IMG/VR virus record: IMGVR_UViG_2541047815_000002
Span: 1-26,357 of that record
DNA: 26,357 nt
Source: a virus
Lineage: Duplodnaviria > Heunggongvirae > Uroviricota > Caudoviricetes
Strand: one strand, 5' to 3'
Shown here: positions 1-9,558 of the stretch, piece after piece
Numbering within the stretch: the stretch's first letter is position 1
How the letters are laid out: each line of letters opens with the position of its first letter
Translations under genes and position numbers: made by a program
Notes under the pieces: model-generated
Told to the model about the DNA's origin: nothing
What the model saw: only the letters and a program-made list of their open reading frames with translations
Database searches by the model: none

Positions 1-1053
1 TTACGGGGTAATGCCAACCGCTGCCGCCACTTTGTCGCCACTTGGCAGCGTTGCCAGAGGATTGAAACGGAGCGCCGTTTCCAGATGATCCGGTGCCAGA
101 TGTGCGTAACGCATAGTCATTTTTATATCGTGGTGTCCGAGAATTTTTTGTAAGGCCAGAATGTTTCCACCCGACATCATGAAGTGCGCCGCAAACGTAT
201 GGCGCAGAACGTGTGTGAGTTGACCGCGAGGGAGCACGATAGACGTTTTTTCCATCACGGATAAAAATTGAAAATAGCAGTCTGTGAAGAAATTGAACCC
301 ATCAAGCGCCATGATCTCTTCGTAAAGCTCTTTACTGATAGGGATGCTTCTGTTTTTCTTCCCCTTCGTTCTTACAAAGGTAATTCGGTATTTGGTCACC
401 TGTGAACGAGTAAGATTTACGGCTTCTCGCCAGCGTGCGCCTGTGCTTAAGCATATCTTAACTACCAGTGCCAGAATTGGGTCCTGACGTTTGCAATCAG
501 CCAGTAATTCAACAATCTGCTCATGGGTAAGCCATGCCATCTCTTTTTCTGCGATGGTGAATTTTCGCATGTTCTCCAGTGGGTTCGGATACGACCATTC
601 GCCCAGGCGGGATAGTTCGCTAAAAACACTACTTAGATAGCTTTGCTCCAGGTTAATGGTGACCGGGCTTGCTCCTTTCTTCCATTTCTCGCTGAAGTAG
701 ATCTCACCTGTCAGGCGTTTATCTCGATAGTGGGCAAACATTTTAGAGGTTAGATCAGTTGCAAGGGGATTGCCCAGAGCGTCAACCATCAGCAGCAATT
801 TGTCATAGACATGCTGCCCAGCAGTCAGTGATTTACCATGTAGTTTGAACCATAGCTCAACCACGTCTTTCAGTGTTCGACGATCCACTGATTCACCTAG
901 CCAGGGCTTTGCTTCGGTTTCTTCCATCGTGTGACGCTCAAAAGCCAGTGCTTCGCCTTTGGTGGCGAATTGTTTACGCACACGACGCCCACTACGTCCG
1001 GCGGGGTAACATTCGCAAAGCCATTTTCCTGTGGTGAGTTTTCGTACAGCCAT
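1..1053 (-). CDS. int: Tyrosine integrase (P2/186-type site-specific recombinase)
   Basis: Minus-strand ORF. The preferred start is the ATG at 1051-1053 (protein MAVRKLTTGKW...), preceded by GGAGGG about 7 nt upstream on the coding strand. C-terminal region has the tyrosine-recombinase pattern (HVLRHTFA ... GHHDIKMTMRYAHL). The stop codon is at the very start of the window, so attL, if present, lies outside. Confidence 0.9.
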   Translation of the reverse strand: MAVRKLTTGKWLCECYPAGRSGRRVRKQFATKGEALAFERHTMEETEAKPWLGESVDRRTLKDVVELWFKLHGKSLTAGQHVYDKLLLMVDALGNPLATDLTSKMFAHYRDKRLTGEIYFSEKWKKGASPVTINLEQSYLSSVFSELSRLGEWSYPNPLENMRKFTIAEKEMAWLTHEQIVELLADCKRQDPILALVVKICLSTGARWREAVNLTRSQVTKYRITFVRTKGKKNRSIPISKELYEEIMALDGFNFFTDCYFQFLSVMEKTSIVLPRGQLTHVLRHTFAAHFMMSGGNILALQKILGHHDIKMTMRYAHLAPDHLETALRFNPLATLPSGDKVAAAVGITP

Positions 1054-1241
1054 AAAAAATGCCCTCCAATAGAGAGCATTTTTACTGTATGTATAACCAG
1101 TGTCAATGTATGAAATCCTGCGACCATACATCTCACTGAAGCCATAATGAAGTAGGCTATTCTTTTTGCTATGTGATCATGTAACTTTTGCGGTTAACCT
1201 GTGGCTCATTTTTATTTTAGGCGCAGATATAAAAGCAAAAG

Positions 1242-1433
1242 TTATCGTGAGTTTTTAGTACAGATTTTTTTGGATTTACTAATAGTTCCATCATTGCAAA
1301 CGAATTTGCCATCAGAGGTACAGTGAGAAACACCTCCCTTTTTCCCTGAGCAGGGATAATTTCTAGCATAGGTAGCTAGTGGGTTTAATAACAAAGAACA
1401 TGACAAAACCACAAAAAATACCTTACCAAGCAT
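1242..1433 (-). CDS. Small secreted cysteine-rich peptide (63 aa precursor), function unknown
   Basis: ATG at 1431-1433 with GGGAGA 7 nt upstream. N-terminal hydrophobic signal-like segment [23 protein letters not shown] with an AxA-like cleavage context, then a Lys-rich roughly 40-aa part with four Cys. Lies in a visibly AT-rich stretch between the cI stop and the int start, on the same strand as both. Confidence 0.4.
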   Translation of the reverse strand: MLGKVFFVVLSCSLLLNPLATYARNYPCSGKKGGVSHCTSDGKFVCNDGTISKSKKICTKNSR

Positions 1434-1448
1434 AATTTTCTCCCGGTA

Positions 1449-2024
1449 CTATTTAACATACTTGACTGTTAAACTTATAATTTTACCAATTATTTCAATG
1501 TCTTCTATCTTACATTCAAAGGCTCTGTTTCCACCCTCGACGAAGATTCTTCCACCGGGTAAACGAGTAATGTCACGGATCGTTATTTCGCCATCAATAC
1601 TTATTACCCATTTACCATCACGTATATCATCAAATTCCTTATCACAAATAAATTCAGAATTATTATCTGTGATTACAAAAAGATTCTTGAATGCCGACGG
1701 TAGAAATTCTCTATCGAAAATATAAAAACCGTCTTCACACAAGGCCCCATCAGATAATACATATTTAGCAACTTCCATAGTATTTGTATTACCTGAAGTT
1801 TGCTTTGAACCATGCCCGGTTGTGAGCCAATTAAGCGAGGTGCCTGTTTCAAGGGCGCACTGGATTACCCATTCTGCTGGGAATGAGTCACGCATGTAGC
1901 GTGTGGCGAGTGTACTTTTAGAGATTCCTAAATGATCGCACAACGCCTGTCGAGTCTTGAATCCATAAGCTTCTACCATGCGCTCTATGGCGCCTCGTCC
2001 GCCTTTCTCCAAATTCATGGTCAC
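1449..2024 (-). CDS. cI: Immunity repressor CI (phage 186-type)
   Basis: 191-aa minus-strand ORF divergent from the lytic operon. N-terminal HTH-like segment (ALCDHLGISKSTLATRYMR). Position immediately upstream of int matches the P2/186 C-int arrangement. RBS GGAGTG lies just before the ATG at 2022-2024. Confidence 0.8.
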   Translation of the reverse strand: MTMNLEKGGRGAIERMVEAYGFKTRQALCDHLGISKSTLATRYMRDSFPAEWVIQCALETGTSLNWLTTGHGSKQTSGNTNTMEVAKYVLSDGALCEDGFYIFDREFLPSAFKNLFVITDNNSEFICDKEFDDIRDGKWVISIDGEITIRDITRLPGGRIFVEGGNRAFECKIEDIEIIGKIISLTVKYVK

Positions 2025-2042
2025 TCCAAGTGAACTTTTATC

Positions 2043-2071
2043 TTGACGATTTCACCGTGCGATCGTATGTT
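2043..2071 (+). promoter_or_regulatory. Candidate lytic promoter pR (-35 TTGACG, 17-bp spacer, -10 TATGTT)
   Basis: TTGACG at 2043-2048 and TATGTT at 2066-2071 with a 17-nt spacer, in the divergent cI/apl intergenic region, oriented toward apl-cII-A. Confidence 0.45.
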
Positions 2072-2143
2072 TATGGTGTTCACAAAATACAAACGATCCG
2101 TATTCGTCCTGATTAATCATCATTAAACGAGGAATGTTGCATC

Positions 2144-2365
2144 ATGAGACCTAACATTTCAATCACTCTTACCACGCCTCATGTGACTATTGAACGCTAT
2201 AGCGAGCTGACAGGGCTATCCATCGATACCATCAATGACATGTTGGCTGATGGACGCCTTATCCGTCACCGTCTGCGCAAAGATAAAAAACGCGAAAAAG
2301 TGATGATCAACATAGCAGCAATGACCGTTGATGCGCTTTCAGAATGCAATCTAAACCTTAATTAG
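2144..2365 (+). CDS. apl: Apl/Cox-like small DNA-binding excisionase/transcriptional regulator
   Basis: 73-aa basic protein and first gene of the rightward early operon, divergent from cI. This is the position of apl in 186 and cox in P2. ATG at 2144 with GAGG about 10 nt upstream. Confidence 0.6.
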   Translation: MRPNISITLTTPHVTIERYSELTGLSIDTINDMLADGRLIRHRLRKDKKREKVMINIAAMTVDALSECNLNLN

Positions 2366-2397
2366 TTCGATTCTGAAATACATCAGAGGCATTGACC

Positions 2398-2907
2398 ATG
2401 TTTGATTACCAAGTTTCCAAACATCCACATTTTGATGAAGCCTGTCGTGCATTTGCACTGCGCCACAATCTGGTGCAACTGGCAGAACGTGCAGGCATGA
2501 ATGTGCAGATTCTGCGGAACAAGCTGAACCCAGCTCAGCCTCATTTATTAACCGCACCAGAAATCTGGCTGCTTACCGATCTGACTGAAGATTCAACGCT
2601 GGTAGATGGTTTTCTGGCACAGATTCATTGTCTGCCATGTGTACCGATTAATGAGGTGGCAAAAGAGAAACTGCCACATTACGTCATGAGTGCAACCGCA
2701 GAGATCGGGCGTGTTGCTGCAGGTGCGGTGTCTGGCGATGTAAAAACCTGTGCCGGTCGTCGTGATGCTATCAGCAGCATTAACTCTGTAACACGACTGA
2801 TGGCGCTGGCGGCTGTTTCATTGCAGGCCCGTTTACAGGCTAATCCTGCGATGGCGAGTGCAGTTGATACCGTGACTGGCCTCGGTGCTTCATTTGGTTT
2901 GCTGTGA
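2398..2907 (+). CDS. cII: CII-like lysogeny-establishment activator (phage 186 CII family)
   Basis: Protein [45 protein letters not shown]... closely matches my recollection of 186 CII over its full length, including the HTH segment. ATG at 2398 is preferred over the upstream TTG at 2392. Confidence 0.8.
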   Translation: MFDYQVSKHPHFDEACRAFALRHNLVQLAERAGMNVQILRNKLNPAQPHLLTAPEIWLLTDLTEDSTLVDGFLAQIHCLPCVPINEVAKEKLPHYVMSATAEIGRVAAGAVSGDVKTCAGRRDAISSINSVTRLMALAAVSLQARLQANPAMASAVDTVTGLGASFGLL

Positions 2908-2914
2908 GGTGCTT

Positions 2915-3115
2915 ATGCTGACGAAAGAACCATCATTTGCATCGCTGCTGGTTAAACAAAGCCCGGCAATGCATTACGGTCACGGCTGGATCATGGGGGA
3001 GGATGGTAAACGCTGGCATCCGTGCCGTTCACAAGATGAATTGCTGGCAGAACTATCTACGAAAAAACGGGGGAACAAATGGCTATTGAAGGCACTGCGG
3101 CGACTGTTCCATTAA
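2915..3115 (+). CDS. Hypothetical small early protein (fil-like position after cII)
   Basis: ATG at 2915 preceded by GAGGTG, which overlaps the cII stop. 66-aa basic protein. Identity not recognised. Confidence 0.45.
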   Translation: MLTKEPSFASLLVKQSPAMHYGHGWIMGEDGKRWHPCRSQDELLAELSTKKRGNKWLLKALRRLFH

Positions 3116-3420
3116 GCCCCGGTGAACGCCTGAATGGACTTAATCACATTGCGGAGTTAAGGGCGAAAGTTTTTGGCCTGAATATTGAGTCAGAGCTTGA
3201 GCGGTTTATTAAAGATATGCGTGATTCACGGGATATTAATAGCGAACAAAATAAACGGGCACTGGCTGCCATATTCTTTATGGCAAAAATTCCAGCTGAA
3301 CGTCATAGCATCAGCATTAATGAGCTGACCACTGACGAAAAGCGGGAGTTGATTAAAGCAATGAATCATTTTCGTGCAGTGGTGAGCTTATTTCCCAGAC
3401 GGCTAACCATGCCGAATTAA
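3079..3420 (+). CDS. Hypothetical early protein (113 aa)
   Basis: ATG at 3079 with GGGGA upstream, in the early operon. No recognisable motif. Confidence 0.5.
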   Translation: MAIEGTAATVPLSPGERLNGLNHIAELRAKVFGLNIESELERFIKDMRDSRDINSEQNKRALAAIFFMAKIPAERHSISINELTTDEKRELIKAMNHFRAVVSLFPRRLTMPN

Positions 3421-3487
3421 CCAACTAATGAAATTAATGGCGTAAACCCGCCGGGCATCCCTTTATCTAAATTCAGGAGAATTGATT

Positions 3488-3721
3488 ATGCGTAATATTG
3501 AAACCCTCTCGACCAAAACCGGACCGGATGACGCAGGGCTTAATATTTTACTGACAGAGGCTCGTCTGGAAGAACGCCGGGCAAGGGCTGAAGCAATGGC
3601 AGCTCGCCTTGATAGCCTGGCGTGTCATATCACATCCCGCCAGCTAACCCACGTCGAAGCGGCAGAACTGCTTCGTGTGACTGCTGAAGCAATCCAGAAC
3701 GAAGCGCAGGAGATCCACTAA
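3488..3721 (+). CDS. Hypothetical early protein (77 aa)
   Basis: ATG at 3488 with CAGGAGA upstream. Stop TAA overlaps the next start (TAATG). Confidence 0.5.
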   Translation: MRNIETLSTKTGPDDAGLNILLTEARLEERRARAEAMAARLDSLACHITSRQLTHVEAAELLRVTAEAIQNEAQEIH

Positions 3722-3948
3722 TGGCTGATGCAATGGATCTCGTACAGCAGCGCGTTGAAGAAGAACGCCAACGCCATATCCGTGCTGCCCGTGCCAAAAC
3801 GCCGGGCGTGTCCCGCGTGCTTTGCATTGAGTGTGAAGCGCCAATTCCGCCAGCACGCCGCCGTGCCATTCCGGGTGTGCAGCTTTGCATTACCTGTCAG
3901 GAAATCGCAGAGCTGAAAGGCAAACATTACAACGGAGGTGCTGTATGA
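3721..3948 (+). CDS. TraR/DksA-family C4 zinc-finger protein
   Basis: 75-aa protein with CxxC-(17 aa)-CxxC (CIECEAPIPPARRRAIPGVQLCITCQ), typical of phage TraR/DksA-like zinc fingers. Stop overlaps the Dam start (ATGA). Confidence 0.75.
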   Translation: MADAMDLVQQRVEEERQRHIRAARAKTPGVSRVLCIECEAPIPPARRRAIPGVQLCITCQEIAELKGKHYNGGAV

Positions 3949-4802
3949 GCACCATCCTGAAATGGGCGGGAAATAAAACTGCCATAATGTCCGAACTAAA
4001 AAAACATCTTCCTGCTGGCCCGCGACTGGTTGAACCTTTCGCGGGTTCCTGTGCTGTGATGATGGAGACGGATTATCCCAGCTATCTGGTTGCGGATATT
4101 AATCCTGATTTAATCAACCTTTATAAAAAGGTTGCCGCTGATTGTGAATCGTTTATATCTCGCGCCAGAGTTTTATTTGAGATCGCAAACAGGGAGGTGG
4201 CTTATTACAACATAAGGCAGGAGTTTAATTACTCAACTGAAATTACTGATTTCATGAAAGCGGTATATTTCCTGTATCTCAATCGTCACGGTTACCGTGG
4301 TTTATGTCGCTATAACAAGAGCGGGCATTTCAACATTCCCTACGGTAATTATAAAAATCCGTATTTCCCTGAAAAAGAAATTCGCGCATTTGCAGAAAAG
4401 GCCCAGCGAGCAACGTTTATCTGCGCCAGCTTTGATGAAACGCTGGCGATGTTGAAGGCGGGGGATGTGGTGTATTGCGATCCGCCGTATGACGGTACGT
4501 TTTCCGGCTATCACACTGACGGCTTCACTGAAGATGACCAGTATCACCTGGCATCTGTTCTTGAACATCGGTCATCAGAAGGACATCCGGTCATTGTTTC
4601 TAACAGTGACACATCCCTGATCCGTTCGCTGTATCGCAATTTTACTCACCACTACATCAAGGCAAAACGCAGCATCGGTGTGGCAGCTGGCGAGGGTAAA
4701 TCAGCAACAGAAATCATTGCTGTTTCCGGGCCGCGCTGCTGGGTGGGATTTGATTATTCGCGTGGCGTGGATAGTTCTGCCGTGTACGGAGTACGTGCAT
4801 GA
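3945..4802 (+). CDS. dam: Dam-type DNA N6-adenine methyltransferase (orphan, no cognate nuclease seen)
   Basis: ATG at 3945 with GGAGG upstream. N-terminal SAM-binding motif (KWAGNK ... EPFAGS) and the catalytic DPPY tetrapeptide at 4479-4490. Translationally coupled to gene A (ATGA overlap at 4799-4802). Confidence 0.85.
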   Translation: MSTILKWAGNKTAIMSELKKHLPAGPRLVEPFAGSCAVMMETDYPSYLVADINPDLINLYKKVAADCESFISRARVLFEIANREVAYYNIRQEFNYSTEITDFMKAVYFLYLNRHGYRGLCRYNKSGHFNIPYGNYKNPYFPEKEIRAFAEKAQRATFICASFDETLAMLKAGDVVYCDPPYDGTFSGYHTDGFTEDDQYHLASVLEHRSSEGHPVIVSNSDTSLIRSLYRNFTHHYIKAKRSIGVAAGEGKSATEIIAVSGPRCWVGFDYSRGVDSSAVYGVRA

Positions 4803-7213
4803 GTCATGCCGATATGAACAACTGCTGCGGCTTTAACGAAGCTGCCGCATCGTTCTCATGGAACAGCTCGAAAAAGGCCATTAACCCTTATCTGGACCCG
4901 GTGGAAGTTGCGCCGGTTTCTACGCTTTCAAACCTGATCACTCTGTACGCTGCCGATAACGAGCAGGAACAGCTGCGCCGTGAGGCGCTGAGTGATCAGG
5001 TCTGGGAGCGTTATTTCTTTAATGAATCCCGTGATCCTGTCCAGCGCGAAATGGAACAGGATAAGCTCATTAGTCGGGCAAAGCTGGCGCATGAGCAGCA
5101 GCGTTTTAATCCGGATATGGTCATTCTGGCGGACGTCAACGCCCAGCCTTCCCATATCAGCAAGCCGCTGATGCAACGTATTGAATACTTCAGCAGCCTG
5201 GGCAGGCCAAAGGCTTATTCCCGCTATTTACGTGAGACGATTAAGCCATGTCTGGAACGACTGGAGCATGTACGCGACAGTCAGCTATCTGCATCTTTTC
5301 GCTTTATGGCAAGCCATGAAGGGCTGGACGGCCTGCTGATCCTGCCTGAAATGAGTCAGGATCAGGTGAAACGCCTGTCCACCCTGGTAGCTGCGCATAT
5401 GAGTATGTGCCTTGATGCCGCTTGTGGCGATTTGTATGCCACCGATGACGTTAAGCCAGAAGAAATCCGCAATACATGGGAAAGGGTGGCAGCGGAAACC
5501 CTGCGTCTGGATGTCATCCCGCCTGCGTTTGAGCAACTCCGTCGGAAAAGAAACCGCCGTAAACCCGTGCCCTATGAACTCATTCCGGGTTCGCTGGCGC
5601 GTATGTTGTGCGCCGACTGGTGGTATCGGAAATTATGGAAGATGCGTTGCGAATGGCGGGAAGAGCAGTTGCGTGCTGTCTGCCTTGTCAGCAAAAAAGC
5701 ATCTCCCTATGTCAGCTATGAAGCCGTGTTGCATAAACGTGAGCAGCGCCGTAAGTCGCTGGAGTTTTTCCGTTCTCATGAACTGGTGAACGAAGACGGC
5801 GACACGCTGGACATGGAGGATGTGGTAAACGCCAGCAGCAGCAACCCTGCGCATCGCCGCAATGAGATGATGGCCTGTGTTAAAGGTCTGGAGCTTATCG
5901 CGGAAATGCGCGGTGACTGCGCCGTTTTCTACACCATCACCTGTCCGTCACGTTTCCATTCCACGCTAAATAACGGCAGGCCCAACCCAACCTGGACAAA
6001 TGCGACGGTAAGACAAAGCAGTGATTATCTGGTCGGCATGTTTGCTGCATTTCGTAAGGCGATGCACAAAGCCGGATTGCGGTGGTATGGCGTGCGGGTG
6101 GCTGAGCCGCATCATGACGGTACAGTTCACTGGCACCTGTTGTGTTTTATGCGCAAAAAAGACCGCCGCACCATCACTGCATTACTGCGTAAGTTTGCCA
6201 TCCGTGAAGACCGCGAGGAGCTGGGCAATAACACTGGGCCGCGCTTTAAGTCTGAGTTGATTAACCCGCGCAAAGGTACGCCAACAAGCTACATCGCGAA
6301 ATACATCAGTAAGAACATTGACGGGCGTGGTCTGGCTGGCGAGATCAGCAAGGAAACGGGGAAATCCCTGCGTGATAATGCTGAATACGTTAATGCCTGG
6401 GCGTCTCTGCATCGTGTTCAGCAATTCCGCTTCTTTGGCATTCCGGGGCGTCAGGCTTACCGTGAACTGCGATTGCTGGCTGGTCAGGCGGCAAGGCAAC
6501 AGGGGGACAAAAAAGCAGGTGCGCCGGTACTGGATAACCCGCGCCTTGATGCCATTCTGGCTGCTGCTGATGCTGGTTGTTTTGCCACCTACATCATGAA
6601 GCAGGGTGGCGTACTGGTTCCCCGCAAATATCACCTCATCAGAACTGCTTATGAAATCAACGAAGAGCCGACCGCCTATGGCGATCACGGCATTCGTATT
6701 TATGGCATCTGGTCACCTATTGCAGAGGGCAAGATCTGCACTCATGCCGTGAAGTGGAAAATGGTTCGTAAGGCCGTTGACGTTCAGGAGGCGGCAGCCG
6801 ACCAGGGCGCTTGCGCCCCTTGGACTCGTGGCAATAACTGTCCCCTTGCTGAAAATTTGTACCAACAAGGGAAAGACAAATCAGCTGATGGGGATACCAG
6901 AACGGATATCACCCGTATGGATGACAAGGAGTTGCACGATTACCTGCACAGTATGAACAAAAAAGAACGCCGGGAACTGGCTGCAAGGTTACGCCTGGTG
7001 AAACCGAAACGGCGTAGAGACTACAAACAGCGAATTACAGACCATCAACGACAGCAGCTCGTCTATGAACTGAAGTCCAGAGGATTTGATGGCAGCGAGA
7101 AAGAGGTCGATTTACTCCTTCGCGGCGGCAGTATTCCGTCAGGAGCAGGCCTGCGTATCTTCTATCGGAACCAGCGTTTGCAGGAAGATGATAAGTGGCG
7201 GGATCTGTATTAA
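4799..7213 (+). CDS. A: Rolling-circle replication initiator (P2 gpA family endonuclease)
   Basis: 804-aa protein. HUH-type motif HWH at 6128-6136 and paired active-site tyrosines YIAKY at 6290-6304, as in P2 A and phiX174 A. Lies in the expected position after the early genes. Confidence 0.9.
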   Translation: MSHADMNNCCGFNEAAASFSWNSSKKAINPYLDPVEVAPVSTLSNLITLYAADNEQEQLRREALSDQVWERYFFNESRDPVQREMEQDKLISRAKLAHEQQRFNPDMVILADVNAQPSHISKPLMQRIEYFSSLGRPKAYSRYLRETIKPCLERLEHVRDSQLSASFRFMASHEGLDGLLILPEMSQDQVKRLSTLVAAHMSMCLDAACGDLYATDDVKPEEIRNTWERVAAETLRLDVIPPAFEQLRRKRNRRKPVPYELIPGSLARMLCADWWYRKLWKMRCEWREEQLRAVCLVSKKASPYVSYEAVLHKREQRRKSLEFFRSHELVNEDGDTLDMEDVVNASSSNPAHRRNEMMACVKGLELIAEMRGDCAVFYTITCPSRFHSTLNNGRPNPTWTNATVRQSSDYLVGMFAAFRKAMHKAGLRWYGVRVAEPHHDGTVHWHLLCFMRKKDRRTITALLRKFAIREDREELGNNTGPRFKSELINPRKGTPTSYIAKYISKNIDGRGLAGEISKETGKSLRDNAEYVNAWASLHRVQQFRFFGIPGRQAYRELRLLAGQAARQQGDKKAGAPVLDNPRLDAILAAADAGCFATYIMKQGGVLVPRKYHLIRTAYEINEEPTAYGDHGIRIYGIWSPIAEGKICTHAVKWKMVRKAVDVQEAAADQGACAPWTRGNNCPLAENLYQQGKDKSADGDTRTDITRMDDKELHDYLHSMNKKERRELAARLRLVKPKRRRDYKQRITDHQRQQLVYELKSRGFDGSEKEVDLLLRGGSIPSGAGLRIFYRNQRLQEDDKWRDLY

Positions 7214-7305
7214 TTACGCGGGTTAACAATTCGTGCTCTTAATAATACCAGGCATATCAGGCTGATGAACGTAAAAAAACGTTTTACATCAGTAAGATTA
7301 TTATA

Positions 7306-7325
7306 TACTGTAAATATAAACAGTG
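7306..7325. promoter_or_regulatory. LexA (SOS) box TACTGTAAATATAAACAGTG
   Basis: Near-consensus CTGT-N8-ACAG operator (consensus TACTGTATATATATACAGTA) about 40 bp upstream of the 7367 start. A TTTACA -35-like hexamer sits at 7283-7288. Confidence 0.6.
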
Positions 7326-7366
7326 GTTATGTGTACAGTATTGCTTGTGGTGTCATAGGAGGAAAA

Positions 7367-7555
7367 ATGCAGGACTATTTTTTGGAGTCTTTGAAGCTCC
7401 AGCGCATTGATTTTTTTCTTAAGCTTGTAGCGGCTAGTGAGTGTAGTGATGAAGAGAAGGGGCTGGCTCTGCAGTGGGTTTCTGAATTGACTGATGAACT
7501 CATGGCAAAAATCAGAAGCCACGAATACAACCGCTCAATGGATGTCATCAGCTGA
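7367..7555 (+). CDS. Small acidic protein downstream of LexA box (candidate Tum-like antirepressor component)
   Basis: ATG at 7367 with AGGAGG 4 nt upstream. 62 aa. Functional call is by position and the LexA box only. Confidence 0.4.
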   Translation: MQDYFLESLKLQRIDFFLKLVAASECSDEEKGLALQWVSELTDELMAKIRSHEYNRSMDVIS

Positions 7556-7565
7556 GGTGACTTTT

Positions 7566-7799
7566 ATGCGCATTGAAATAATGATCGATAAAGAGCAGAA
7601 AATTAGCCAGTCTACCCTGGACGCCCTTGAATCCGAGCTTTACCGCAATCTGCGCCCCCTGTATCCCAAAACGGTAATTCGTATCCGCAAAGGTAGCTCT
7701 AACGGTGTGGAACTGACCGGACTGCAACTGGACGAAGAAAGAAAACAAGTGATGAAAATTATGCAGAAGGTGTGGGAAGACGACAGCTGGCTGCATTAA
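7566..7799 (+). CDS. DinI-family protein
   Basis: 77-aa protein beginning MRIEIMIDKEQ..., with an acidic C-terminus typical of DinI-like proteins. GAGGTGA RBS. Follows the LexA-boxed small gene. Confidence 0.75.
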   Translation: MRIEIMIDKEQKISQSTLDALESELYRNLRPLYPKTVIRIRKGSSNGVELTGLQLDEERKQVMKIMQKVWEDDSWLH

Positions 7800-8304
7800 G
7801 AAACGTTGCTGGCGTCTGAACTTGCTTCTGGCGTCAGCAAGGTTGAACAACGAGCTGTGCGAGGCGTTAGCCATCTGATCAAAAGACATCAAATATCATA
7901 TTGTATATCGTGGTCAAACGCTGGAAACAATCATTCCCGGTCAGAGGGGCTTCTTTCAATGTCCAAAAGAGTGAGATAGAGGATACAGGATGGGAAGAGC
8001 TTATGATGATTGTTCTTGGATTGACTTGGAATATTTGATGTCCATTATCTAATGGACTTGGTCTTGATAGTTATCACGAAAGAGGAAGCCAACGTCATGT
8101 ATTTGAAGAGTATCTCTTACCTTTTGATTAATTATTGTCCAAGTTTTTCAAAAGCTTCTTATCTGGCGGTCGATACATGATTTACTGTTGGATATGGTAT
8201 TTAAAATTAATCTTTACACTGTGGTATATGCAGAATAGGATATTATCAATACAATCAAACCGTTTTCATACGGTTGTTAATATTGCAATGTTATAGGTAA
8301 TGTC

Positions 8305-9423
8305 ATGTATCTTTTCAAGTATTACCGTCCGGACTTCTTCTTCGAGAAAGCTATTCGTTATAATGAATTATATTTTTCCGCTCCTGCGCAATTGAATGAT
8401 CCTAATGATCTCAATATAGATTATCGTTTTGATAATAAATTGAAATTATGGGATATTTTATTGCGTTCTCCTTGCGATAAATCCTATGAAAATTTGAGTC
8501 ACATATTAGATTTGAGTAATTTGAAGATACATAAGGGATTGAATCGTATTTTTAGAGGAAAAAAAATAAAAAGTAGCATTGAGTCATTAGATAGCCTGTT
8601 TGACTCACACGTTGATGAGATACGTAAGATCATAAATGATGGTTTACTACCTATCAATGTGATTAATTCCGCTATTTATGGGAATATTCCTGAACCACGC
8701 CAATTTTTGGTCTCACTTTGCGAGAACAGTATCAAAGAAAGGTTGTATAGGAAAATAGTTCCTGCAGTATTCAGTGTGTCATTTTCAGCTAATGCGTTAG
8801 ATCGTATGATGTGGGCGCATTATGCTGCAGGCTTTAGTGGTTGTGTTGTGATTTATGAAACGCAGGATTTTAATATTAATGGCGTGCCACATCCTGGAAT
8901 GAAGCTAAGAGAAAATTTATTTTCATCAGATAAATTTAATTTTCCAGTTAAGCAAATAAAATATAGTAATCAGGCTAAAGAGGTTTCACTTCTAGACCCA
9001 AGCGCAAATGTTGCAGAGTTATTTTTAACTAAAAATAGATTTTGGAGATATGAAGCTGAATATCGAATGTTTATTCCAGAGGCAAATGCAGGAATAGGGA
9101 GTGAGCGGCATGTTCAAAGACGCGTAAATCGAAATATTGGACATATTTTTCATCATGATGCTAATGTTGTTAAAGGGATCATTTTTGGTCCTAGAATGTG
9201 TGAAATGAAAAAAGAAAGCATATGGAATTGTATCAAGTCAAATATGGAGAATTCAAATTCAACAATATGTTATTTTTTTGACTCTGAGTTATCAGCATCA
9301 GGAAAGATTACTATTTCAAAAGGGCAACGAGCGGAAAAAATGAAAAATTTCCCTTTGTTCAGGAACAAGTTAAGTCAGACGGAAATGGCTAAAGTTTTGA
9401 AGGAAATTGGCATTACGAACTAA
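8305..9423 (+). CDS. DUF2971-like protein (372 aa), accessory cargo gene, candidate anti-phage/abortive-infection factor
   Basis: Lies in a strongly AT-rich island (by eye) that contrasts with the phage backbone. From memory it resembles the DUF2971 pattern: N-terminal LFKYYR ... LYFSAPAQLNDPND, then MWAHYA and RYEAEYRMF. It occupies the tin/old-equivalent hotspot downstream of A. Confidence 0.6.
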   Translation: MYLFKYYRPDFFFEKAIRYNELYFSAPAQLNDPNDLNIDYRFDNKLKLWDILLRSPCDKSYENLSHILDLSNLKIHKGLNRIFRGKKIKSSIESLDSLFDSHVDEIRKIINDGLLPINVINSAIYGNIPEPRQFLVSLCENSIKERLYRKIVPAVFSVSFSANALDRMMWAHYAAGFSGCVVIYETQDFNINGVPHPGMKLRENLFSSDKFNFPVKQIKYSNQAKEVSLLDPSANVAELFLTKNRFWRYEAEYRMFIPEANAGIGSERHVQRRVNRNIGHIFHHDANVVKGIIFGPRMCEMKKESIWNCIKSNMENSNSTICYFFDSELSASGKITISKGQRAEKMKNFPLFRNKLSQTEMAKVLKEIGITN

Positions 9424-9488
9424 CCTAACAACAGTGCATGCCTATGCTGCCTGAATTTGCATGACCGTTTGAGGATCGTTTTTGCTAA

Positions 9489-9513
9489 GGCCCGCCAGAA
9501 CTGGCGGGCTTTT
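9489..9513 (+). terminator. Rho-independent terminator after the 372-aa cargo gene
   Basis: GC-rich hairpin (GGCCCGCCA / loop GAAC / TGGCGGGCT) followed by a TTTT run. Confidence 0.5.
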
Positions 9514-9558
9514 GCGTGGATCAGGCACCTGCATGAAAACCACTACACAAAGCGGGCA

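Noticed and set aside
1054-1131. N-terminal extension of integrase to the 376-aa form
   Set aside because: The internal ATG at 1053 has a GGAGGG RBS and gives the conserved MAVRKL... integrase N-terminus. The extension has no support.
7806-7840. Possible terminator after the DinI-like gene
   Set aside because: The repeated GCTGGCGTC motifs are mostly direct rather than inverted. Only a 6-bp stem with a very large loop can form, and there is no T-run.
7900-8304. Tiny hydrophobic ORF (about 11 aa, MMIVLGLTWNI) and a short hairpin (about 8257-8275) upstream of the DUF2971-like gene
   Set aside because: Too short and unsupported to call as a gene. The hairpin is weak (5-6 bp stem) and may simply be part of the cargo gene promoter region.
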